Below are positions 40,285 through 49,200 of a stretch of DNA of 64,000 nt, one piece after another. This DNA comes from Opitutales bacterium (GTDB lineage Bacteria; Verrucomicrobiota; Verrucomicrobiia; Opitutales; JABSRG01). The DNA is taken from the NCBI GenBank assembly GCA_049599475.1, contig JBMYOQ010000008.1, forward strand, positions 1 to 64,000. The letters run 5' to 3'. The stretch's first letter is position 1. Every line of letters starts with the position of its first letter. The position numbers and the translations under genes were made by a program. Under the pieces are notes generated by a model. It worked only from the letters and a program-made list of their open reading frames with translations, made no database searches and was not told the DNA's origin.

Positions 40285-42435
40285 TCAGTTCGGTTCTGCG
40301 GATTGGGCGATGGTGATATCGTTGTCGACCCACTCGGTAATCCTATTGAAGTCGATGGGCCCGGTTCGAATGCGAGCTAGCCACATAGGGTGAATGTATC
40401 GCTCGTTGATGTTAGCTAGATAAGACCTCCAGGCTTGTGCTCCATTTTTAAGGGCCTCGATTGCGTTGTCTTGATCTGCTTGTTTTCCAAATTCTCGATA
40501 CAAATGAAGGTGAGTGGCTCCTTTGATTTTGTATCCATAATAGCGACCCAGATAGGCCATAGCCTCGATATCTTTGCTTGTCTCAGACAGTTCCCAGTCG
40601 TTGCTTTCTGGGATCGATTCGAGGTATTCCAGGGATGATGCCGCGTTTTCGAGAAGCTGTTCAGAAAGGTACAGAGGAGCTCTTCCCTTTAGGTCTGTTC
40701 CTGACTTTAGAGCTTTTGCATATTCAGGAATCGAAGCGTTTCCTGCCCCTGGATGGTCTCCCATTGTGATAAAGCGATCGACACTGTAAAAACCTGTTTG
40801 GCTCTTTGCTGCGTTGGGAACGCCCATACAGGCCTCAGGGTACCAACGATAATCGAGCGATCCCCAGTTAAAGCCTGTGACCAGCGGGTAGAGCATGGAC
40901 GCACCTTGCCAGGCCTGAAGAAAGGAACGAGCATCGATGCTCGGAAAGCGGGACTGGAGGATATTTACGAAGCGGTCATTGCTCAGTTCAGAGTCGTAAG
41001 CTAGGCGCCCCCAGAGCATCCATTGAAACCAGTGTTTGCGGATCTCAAGATCGTTGGGTTTTGGGTGGTTTTTTCGGATATGCTCGCGCCCCCATACCCA
41101 TCCGTCCGAGCCGAAGTAATAGCCTTCGGTGATGTCTTTAGGTATGTTTTGAACGAAGGTACGCAAAAAGTCCGGAGCCGCCCAGCGAAAGAGATAGGTG
41201 CTATCGTTTCGCATGGTCCAGATGGTTTTGAGCTCTTGCTCGTAGTCCTCAATGTCACGTGCAAACCGTTGATAAAAGGGTTGTTCGACTGCGCTATAGG
41301 CATGGGCCTGCGCGTATTTGAAACTGAACAGAAAATCAATTTGTGGATGTTCAATGAGTGGCTTAAACGTGTCTGCGATTGCCTGGGCGCCTGCTTGGTG
41401 TTGTCGGTGAAGAAATGTGATCTCTCGATTGGGTTGTTCGGAAACTGCATCGAGGACCGCCATTCCATAAGTTTCGAACATCCAGTCCTCTTTCGCTTGA
41501 TCGCTCGCATCATGCATGTTTTCACCCGTAGTGATGCCGATGCCCTTCAGATCTGGGTAGGTTAAAAACAGCTCCTTTACCGATTCTCGGAAATACTTCT
41601 TGGTCTCCGGATTCTCAAGGCTGTCGTCGATCCCGTATTTACCTTCGGTGCCGTAGTCGAAGACGTTCCATGTTACGAAGTAGAAGTCCACGTTGCGGCT
41701 TTTTCCATAACGCATGACTTTGCGCCAGAATTCGATTTTTTCGTTTATTGAAATTTCTAATACAGTCTCGAGTTCGTCCAAAATGTCGTCGCTGTCGAAA
41801 TTACGACCACGCCCGTCGTAGTACTTTTTCTCGAGGTCGACTGCGCGTTTTACATCGTCGAGTGCAATATCAGGATAGTTGGGCGGCTTTACCAACGAAG
41901 GGAATGGGTGCAGGCTCCATAATGAAATGTAATTATATCTGTGATACGCTACTTCATCGATGAAGTCCTCCCAGAAGCTCATGTCCCACATGTGCGGAAT
42001 ATTGTGCTGTGCGGCGTCTCCCATGTCGCTGTAACTGGGAGTGCGGGCGTCAAGGGGTATGTTTAGCTTTACGCCCCGCATGCGCATGTCTGGAGACTGG
42101 CGGTGGGGTTGTATGTCGTCGAGCCCGCCTCCGGAAAGAATTTCGGCAACTTCGAAGCCTCCGTACATCGCACCCGCCGGGTCTGTTCCGATAATTCGAA
42201 TTTCGCCACTCTGGGATTTTTGGATGGAGAAGGATTCCGGCTGGTTCGGATCCTCTTGTATTTCGAAAATTATAGTAGGTTCAGAAGCGGCTGGGACTTG
42301 CTTTATCTTGGAGGCGGCAAAGGCGATCGCTTCGATTGATTCATCGAAAATGATGTTTGAATACAAATTATACGACGTGACCAGGTGTAAGCAAATGGTC
42401 AAGCCGCGTCCAAGTAGGCGGTGAAGAGGTATCAT
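40285..42435 (-). CDS. Putative secreted glycoside hydrolase-like protein
   Basis: ESFSI...IIGTDPAGAMYG hexosaminidase-domain-2-like N-terminus, MRG, RYNYISLW TIM-barrel start, helical C-terminus. Confidence 0.55.
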   Translation of the reverse strand: MIPLHRLLGRGLTICLHLVTSYNLYSNIIFDESIEAIAFAASKIKQVPAASEPTIIFEIQEDPNQPESFSIQKSQSGEIRIIGTDPAGAMYGGFEVAEILSGGGLDDIQPHRQSPDMRMRGVKLNIPLDARTPSYSDMGDAAQHNIPHMWDMSFWEDFIDEVAYHRYNYISLWSLHPFPSLVKPPNYPDIALDDVKRAVDLEKKYYDGRGRNFDSDDILDELETVLEISINEKIEFWRKVMRYGKSRNVDFYFVTWNVFDYGTEGKYGIDDSLENPETKKYFRESVKELFLTYPDLKGIGITTGENMHDASDQAKEDWMFETYGMAVLDAVSEQPNREITFLHRQHQAGAQAIADTFKPLIEHPQIDFLFSFKYAQAHAYSAVEQPFYQRFARDIEDYEQELKTIWTMRNDSTYLFRWAAPDFLRTFVQNIPKDITEGYYFGSDGWVWGREHIRKNHPKPNDLEIRKHWFQWMLWGRLAYDSELSNDRFVNILQSRFPSIDARSFLQAWQGASMLYPLVTGFNWGSLDYRWYPEACMGVPNAAKSQTGFYSVDRFITMGDHPGAGNASIPEYAKALKSGTDLKGRAPLYLSEQLLENAASSLEYLESIPESNDWELSETSKDIEAMAYLGRYYGYKIKGATHLHLYREFGKQADQDNAIEALKNGAQAWRSYLANINERYIHPMWLARIRTGPIDFNRITEWVDNDITIAQSAEPN

Positions 42436-42521
42436 GGTGCGGAATGTGAATCCTATTACAAAAACTTGGTGATTAGAGGGATTTTGTAACTGGATTTATT
42501 GCTGTTAACCGAATTCCGCGG

Positions 42522-42953
42522 TCAATTGTTTCGCATTTCTTGAATGCGCATCGGCATCGAATCGATCTGTCGAAAAATTGCATCGATATCCAGGCGTCGG
42601 CTACGGCTCTTCACTCCCGCATCTTTTCCAATCAGTGCGACATTGCCGGGTTGGATGGGATATTTCTCCGCTAGACTGCGTGGAAATGTGCGTTCGATCT
42701 TACCTGGAAAGTTGGAGGTGACTCGATTATCTGAGATGACGAACCAAAGAATATGACGCTCATCGATCTCAGCAGTTCGCGATTTTAGGGCAGATACCAA
42801 ATCCTCTGAGTCGTCTTCGGCGTCTACCAGAATGAGGCGGTTTTCCCATTGCAGTTCGTCAACATGCTTTAGCATCTGTGCTTCATCGGCATTCACGATA
42901 TAGGCAAAAGAGAAGAGAAGGGCACCGATACGAGTCTTAGCGCGAGCGCGCAA
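42522..42953 (-). CDS. DUF4174 domain protein
   Basis: WENRLILV, LIGKDAGVK, IF.QIDSMPMRIQEM; TTG 42953 gives a signal-peptide-like N-terminus. Confidence 0.8.
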   Translation of the reverse strand: MRARAKTRIGALLFSFAYIVNADEAQMLKHVDELQWENRLILVDAEDDSEDLVSALKSRTAEIDERHILWFVISDNRVTSNFPGKIERTFPRSLAEKYPIQPGNVALIGKDAGVKSRSRRLDIDAIFRQIDSMPMRIQEMRNN

Positions 42954-43473
42954 ACTCGAGAATGGATTCAAAATTGGGTTCGTATCCCTTGCTCGAGTCG
43001 ATTTTGAGGATTTCACAGTTTAAATCCGGTGGAGTATAGCGGTTTGGAGGAAGCTTGGTTTGATTCAGAGGAGCATTGTGAAAAAAGTCCCAGCGGGTAT
43101 CTTTTTGCCTGCGCTCATTCACTCGCTGCATCGCGAGCTCTGCGGAAATGTCGAAAAGCACGATTTTTACCCTAGCGATCTTCGCGAGTTCTTCAAATTT
43201 TGGAGCCCAGAGTTTGTGCTGAAAGGCCGCTTCGGCGACCACGGTGGATCCGGACTCCAGAAGCAATTGAATGTTTTTGAAGAAGAGTTCGTAGACTTCG
43301 TGAGCTAATGAACCCCCTGGAGCGCCCTTGTCGCCCGTGGTATTCACGATTCCCTCTTTGATTCTGTCGCGACTTATGAGAGGGCACCGTATGGCCTCCG
43401 CAAGTTTGAGGGAAAGTGTTGATTTCCCGGATCCCGGACGTCCGGTTACAATGATTAAATTTGGCCTAAACAT
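42937..43473 (-). CDS. AAA_33-type P-loop kinase
   Basis: IIVTGRPGSGKST Walker A, ISRDRIKE. Confidence 0.8.
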   Translation of the reverse strand: MFRPNLIIVTGRPGSGKSTLSLKLAEAIRCPLISRDRIKEGIVNTTGDKGAPGGSLAHEVYELFFKNIQLLLESGSTVVAEAAFQHKLWAPKFEELAKIARVKIVLFDISAELAMQRVNERRQKDTRWDFFHNAPLNQTKLPPNRYTPPDLNCEILKIDSSKGYEPNFESILEFARSR

Positions 43474-43530
43474 GGTCTAATATGTGCGCGGACGATTTGA
43501 TAATAGATCTGTGCTGATAAGATTAAGACA

Positions 43531-44139
43531 GTGAAATTTTCTGTTCGTAGGTTCCAGTATTTGGCGATCATAGGCCTCGTGATCGTCGTTTCCATGAAAC
43601 CCGGGGGCCTGGGCGCTGAGAGGGACCAGGAGGATTTTTTTATGGATGTATTGTTTGATTTTGTCGGAGATTCTCCCAACCCGGCCTGGCCGTCGGTGAA
43701 TGATGGGGTGATGGGTGGCATCTCACGTGGCGGCGCTTCGATTGTTCCGGAAGGGATGCGCTTCAAGGGCATTTTATCACTGGAAAACAATGGCGGGTTT
43801 TCCTCGATCCGGCGAAACGTGGAGCTGGATTTGTCCGGCTATCGAGGAATAGCTTTCCAGGTGCGAGGAGATGGGCGAACGTACGATCTACGCATCGAGA
43901 GTAACGCTCGGCTTTGGGGACGTTGGCCTGTGTCTTTTGGATCAAAATTTGAAACCCAGCGAGATGAGTGGATCGAGGTCCGTGTGCCCTTTGATACCCT
44001 CAATCAGACTTGGCGAGGGCGTCAGCTGGAAGGCTACAATTTCGACCCGAGTAAAATTCAAATGCTGGGATTTTTGATCGGGGACAAATCTCCAGGGGAA
44101 TTCCAATTGGAAATCGCGCGAGTCTCTGCTTTTCGTTGA
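43531..44139 (+). CDS. CIA30 family protein
   Basis: VNDGVMGGISRG, LSLENNGGFSSIR, VRGDGRTY, W.EV.VPF. Confidence 0.88.
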   Translation: MKFSVRRFQYLAIIGLVIVVSMKPGGLGAERDQEDFFMDVLFDFVGDSPNPAWPSVNDGVMGGISRGGASIVPEGMRFKGILSLENNGGFSSIRRNVELDLSGYRGIAFQVRGDGRTYDLRIESNARLWGRWPVSFGSKFETQRDEWIEVRVPFDTLNQTWRGRQLEGYNFDPSKIQMLGFLIGDKSPGEFQLEIARVSAFR

Positions 44140-44142
44140 CGC

Positions 44143-44328
44143 ATGGAAAGCGATTGCAGTGTGGTGTGCCCAACTTGCTTTGAGACCTTCGAGGTGTCAG
44201 GGCCGGCGGTGTATGAAGTGCCCACTGAGTGGGATTACGACTGCGAGGTCTGCTGCCGCCCGATGCTGATCCGGTTTTATGCCGAGGATGATGAGGTCTT
44301 TGCTGAGGCTTTCGGTATCAATGAGTAA
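44143..44328 (+). CDS. CPXCG-type cysteine-rich small protein
   Basis: CPTC...DCEVCCRP. Confidence 0.8.
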   Translation: MESDCSVVCPTCFETFEVSGPAVYEVPTEWDYDCEVCCRPMLIRFYAEDDEVFAEAFGINE

Positions 44329-44368
44329 AACCGCCTCTTGATCGTTCTACGATGATTTGAGCGCGCTC

Positions 44369-45163
44369 TTACTGCTTGTAGAGATTGTAAATTTCTAGGG
44401 CTCCGGGCATCAGCTCTTGAAGGCGGCGAATGCGTGTTTCGTCTGCAGGGTGGGTCGATGCCCATTCCGGAGGACTTCCGGATTTTTGGGCTTTCATCTT
44501 TTCCCAGAAAGTGATTGCGGCGCGTGGATCGTAGCCTGCTCGCGCGGCGTAGTAGAGACCTATTTCGTCAGCTTCGCTTTCATGGAGTCGGCTGAAGGGG
44601 AGGAGCACGCCAAATTGGCTTCCGGCACCATAGGCCGCCATAACCATGAGGCGCGTGTCGTCTTCCATATCACCGGTGCCTAGGTACAGGGCCGCTCCGA
44701 GACCCGCTGCCAGGAGTTGCTGTGACATGCGTTCATTCGAATGGCGCGCGGTAACGTGGGCGATTTCGTGACCTACAACAGCGGCCAGTTCATCCTCGGT
44801 ATCTACCAAATCGATCAAGCCCGTGTAGACGCCGACTTTTCCTCCGGCCATCGCGAATGCGTTTACCTGATCGTCGTCAAATACCACGAATTCCCACTGA
44901 GTATCTGGGAAGTCTTGCTTCACCACGGCCGAGATGCGCCGGCCAAGGCGTTGCACCATCGCATTGTATTTCTTGTTTTTTGAAATCTTGGTGTTGGCCT
45001 TCATGTCGTTGAAGGCCTGAAGTGACATGGACGTGAGCTGCGATTCAGGGATGAGGTTGAGCGCGCTGCGACCAGTCTCAGGGACGGTGGTACAACTAAC
45101 CCCCATCATTATAGTCAGGGCTAGAAGGAGGGGCGTAAGGGTGTGTCTGATGGAAGGAAACAT
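44369..45163 (-). CDS. M48 family metallopeptidase lipoprotein
   Basis: Lipobox GVSC, TGR, NAFAMAGGKV, GHEIAH, ESEAD, STHP. Confidence 0.9.
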   Translation of the reverse strand: MFPSIRHTLTPLLLALTIMMGVSCTTVPETGRSALNLIPESQLTSMSLQAFNDMKANTKISKNKKYNAMVQRLGRRISAVVKQDFPDTQWEFVVFDDDQVNAFAMAGGKVGVYTGLIDLVDTEDELAAVVGHEIAHVTARHSNERMSQQLLAAGLGAALYLGTGDMEDDTRLMVMAAYGAGSQFGVLLPFSRLHESEADEIGLYYAARAGYDPRAAITFWEKMKAQKSGSPPEWASTHPADETRIRRLQELMPGALEIYNLYKQ

Positions 45164-45186
45164 AGCAGAATAAATTTTTGGAATTG

Positions 45187-46143
45187 TCAGGCGACGAGAC
45201 CTGTATCTTCAGGAACGCCGGTTACAATATTGAGGCTCTGGATTGCTGCGCCAGATGCTCCTTTGCACAAATTGTCTATTCGGCATGCCAGGAGGAAATG
45301 TTTAGACCCCGTTCCAGATACAAATATTTCTGCGCGCTGACTTTCGGCGCAGGCCGTAGGGTCCATCAGTCCTCCAGATACCATTTCTGGGGAATTCGCT
45401 GGGAACACGTTTATGAACTGCTCTCCGGCGAAGTGCTTTGAATAGGCGTCGGTAATCGATTCCGCAGATTGATCAGGTTTCACAAGTTGTGATGCGTGGA
45501 CTGGAATAGTCACGATCATGCCGCGGTAAAAACGCGCGACGGTTGGCAAGAATGCCGGAGCGTTGTCGAGCCCGCTCCATTGTTGCATCTCGGGCAAGTG
45601 CTTGTGTTGCATAGCAATTGCGTAAGGACAGGCGGCGAGATGTTCCCCTGGATCTGACTCAAATTGCTGAATCATCTTTTTTCCGCCTCCACTATAGCCT
45701 GTGAGGGATGTGGCACTCAGGAGTGCGTCGGGGCTGAGGAGGCCGGCGTCGACCAACGGGCGCACCAGAAGTAAGTAGGCCGTGGAATGACAACCGGGAT
45801 TGGCGATGCGCTTGGCTTTCTTGATCTTCTCCCGCTGGCCTTCAGTGAGCTCCGGGAGGCCAAAGGCCCAATCAGGGTGTGTCCGGAATGCAGTGCTCGC
45901 GTCGATCACCACGGTGTCAGGATTTGTGATCAAGGGGACGATTTCGCGCGACGCAGAGTCTGGCAGGCACAAAATGCTGATATCTGCTTGGTTGTGCAGA
46001 TTCGCTCGGGCCTCGACATTTTTCCGCTGCTCTGGGTCGATCTCCAAAATTTGGATATCCGAGCGGGCATTGAGATACTTTAAGATCTCAAGACCGGTGG
46101 TCCCTTCGCTTCCGTCTACAAATACTTTAATCTGCTCGCTCAT
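45187..46143 (-). CDS. argC: N-acetyl-gamma-glutamyl-phosphate reductase (type 2)
   Basis: DGSEGTTGL, DASTAFR, IANPGC, GYSGGGK, DNLCKGASGAAIQ. Confidence 0.93.
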   Translation of the reverse strand: MSEQIKVFVDGSEGTTGLEILKYLNARSDIQILEIDPEQRKNVEARANLHNQADISILCLPDSASREIVPLITNPDTVVIDASTAFRTHPDWAFGLPELTEGQREKIKKAKRIANPGCHSTAYLLLVRPLVDAGLLSPDALLSATSLTGYSGGGKKMIQQFESDPGEHLAACPYAIAMQHKHLPEMQQWSGLDNAPAFLPTVARFYRGMIVTIPVHASQLVKPDQSAESITDAYSKHFAGEQFINVFPANSPEMVSGGLMDPTACAESQRAEIFVSGTGSKHFLLACRIDNLCKGASGAAIQSLNIVTGVPEDTGLVA

Positions 46144-46246
46144 AGTAGAGGAGGGGAACTAATCCATCATCGCTACATTAGGCAATGGGTAAATATTCGA
46201 TAGGAGCTGGCTCAACAGGACCCGCTGTCGCTTGTGATTATGTTCC

Positions 46247-49200
46247 TTAACGGCGCTCTGAGATGATCACCGTGGTCTCACGTTCACCGTGTTCGACCAG
46301 CAGGGATATTGGCAGCCCGTGAGACGGAACGGTTGATGCGTTTAATCTCGATTCCAGGTGATCATACTGCAACCAATCTGGAAGTTGAGAACCATCGGCG
46401 ACACGTAATCCGATCTGCGGTTGATTCTTGAGTCCCTCGGGCAGTTCGAACGAAAACCCGTGGCCTGAGGTGGAGGTTCCGCTTGGTAATGTGATTACGA
46501 TAAGTCCGTCCGTGATTTCTGTAGTTCTCGTAACGAACTGAGTGGATACATCTTCGAAGTGCGTGTAGGGACTGATGATGGACGCTGTCGTCGTTTCTTG
46601 TATTGTAAAAGTATAGTTGCCGAGATCTGCACCTGAATATGCATATGTGAGGTTTACTGTTTTGTCGGAGCCGACCATCGCGTCCTCAAACATTCCAGTC
46701 ACGGAGTAATTCACGGTATCTCCGCTGAGAATTCCTGAGAAGGTGACACCGTTTGTATTCAGCGATGCATCCAGAGTTCCGTCATAAATTTTATCGTTTG
46801 CGGTGATGCCACTAATGGAAACGCTGGCGGGGGTAATGTCGGCAGTAAAGCCCGAAGGTTGGACTAGAGTGTAGTTCCCCGCGTCAGTGCCGCTCAGAGT
46901 GTATCCGTTGACCGTAACGGGTTTTCCATTACCTACATTTTTGTCGGAAAAGGTTGCGGAGCCGGAGTTGTTGAAGCTTACATTATCACCACTGAAGACT
47001 CCGGAGAGAGTTGCACTTGCGGTATCTAGAGTCGCTGCAGTGTTCGCGTCGTAAACTTTGTCGTTTGCTGTAATGCCGACGATGGAAACGCTGGCGGGAG
47101 TAATGTCGGCAATCAGGCCCGAAGGTTGTGCGAGGGTGTAGTTTCCTGCGTCGACGCCGCTTAGGGTGTAGCCGCCGACAGTTACGGATTTTTCAGCGCC
47201 TACATTCTTGTCGGCAAATGTTGCAGACTCGGTGTTGTTTAGACTTACAGTATCTCCGCTTAAAATTCCGGAAAGAGTGGCGCCTGAGGTATCTAGGGTC
47301 GCCGTAGTGTTAGCGTCGTAAACTTTGTCATTTGCCGTTATGCCGCTAATGGATACTGTGACGGGCGTAATATCGGCGCTTAGGCCCGAAGGTTGGGCAA
47401 GAGAATAGTTTCCCGCGTCGGCGCCGCTTATCGAATACCCACTGACTGTAACGGATTTTCCGTCGCCGACATTTTTGTCTGAAAAAGCGGCCGTCCCGGT
47501 TCCGTTTAAGTTCACGATGTCCCCACTTAAAGTGGATATCGATGCAGTGCCGGAAAGCGAAGCGTCTGTTGTGGTGTCGTAGACTTTGTCAATTGCCGAA
47601 AGGCCCGTAACGGTTAGCGCGTATGGGTTTACCGTCAGCGACCCGTTGCTCAAGGCCCCTACGGTATACCCAAGGTCGGGTAGGGTGCTAGCTGTAACGG
47701 AATACGTGCCTACTTCAAGTCGAGCGGAAGTAGAATATGTCGCGCCATTCACAGTCATGGTGACACCGCTGTCTCCATTTACGATCGTTCCGACTGAGGC
47801 TGTGAAGGCAGGTATGGTGTCTCCATAAGTAATCGTCTCGGAGGATATGCTTCCTGAAAGATTTATTTGCTCACGATAAATGGCATTGTTGCCTGCGCTC
47901 AGCGCTGCTGTGTAGTTACTCACCGATTCGTCGGAGTTATACCGAAACCGCCCGCTGCCAGAACCGATGAAATCGGTGAGGCCCGTCGATCCAGAAACGC
48001 TACCAGAATACAGAGTGGCACGCCCTCCACTGCCCATAGATATCGTGGGTGATCCGCTAATGTTCAAATCTCCTCCTGTAGATGTTCCGGCGGATTCGTC
48101 TAAACCGGCATTTAGAGTGACTGCGCTGGTCGTATTGTCTGTAGTGGAAATGTCCTGACTTAATGTTAAGTCTCCAGAGCGCGTGGCTATGTTTATTGTT
48201 CCTGTAGAGCTCAAGCCGTTTGTGCTTCCGATCGAGCCGATCTCGACTGCGTTGGAATCAATGTAGAGTAGGCTGTCTACACCGTTCGCTGCCAAAGTGG
48301 AAACGTTGCCGCTGGCGTTATCCAGACTGATGGCCCCATCGAGCAGCGCGAGGTTCTCTGCGACTACGTAACCGCCAGCTCCGTCGGTAACGTTTCCTGC
48401 ACCAGTCAGGGTAATTGTATCGTTCGTAGCGGTTAAGGCTGAATTGATGGTGATATCGTCGCCAATTATGTTTATTGGACCGGAGACTGTGATATCTGAA
48501 GAGAGAACAATGTCTGATGTATTACCTGCTTTACCCAAAGTGAGCCCGGACGCATCGGTAGATATATCATAGTCGTTTGATTGCCAGGTGAGTGTTCCGC
48601 TAAAACTTGCGCTCACAGGCTCTATAGTGACCGTGCCGCTTGTATTGAATTCGAACCCACCTCCTGAATCGAAAGAGAAATTGTCGGCTTGGATATTAAT
48701 ATTGCTGGTGCTCGCTGTGACATCTGTCCCGGCTCGATAACCAATAAAAAAATCATCATCGTACGGTTGTAGCGGTCCACCGCCATTTGCGAGGAAATCA
48801 ATATCACCGCTTGCGGCTAATATGTGTGCATTCTCTTGAAATCCGAGATCACGATCATCCCCGGAACCGCTAATGGAAATACTTCCCGTTCCGGTTGCTT
48901 GAATGGTGCCTGTGCGACCGAAACCTACCGCGAAATTTAACCCGATATTTTCGATGAAAGCACCCCCATTAGAAATTCCTGAAAGGGTAATATCTCCATC
49001 TTGTGTTCGAATCATTGTGTCCGCTACACCTCCCGGTCCGTAGCTGATGATGACTCCGTTGGCGAACCAACCATTCGACCCCTGGCCTTCCATGGTAATA
49101 TCTCCTGACGTGCCGGCATCGATCGTGATACCTTCGAAGGTGTGGATACCGGAGGATTCGTCATCAGACGCGTCGCCGACTGTGGAGTTTCCGCGCATCG

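Noticed and set aside
46144..46500. CDI toxin/immunity pair at the TpsA C-terminus
   Set aside because: No pre-toxin motif and no room for an immunity ORF before argC
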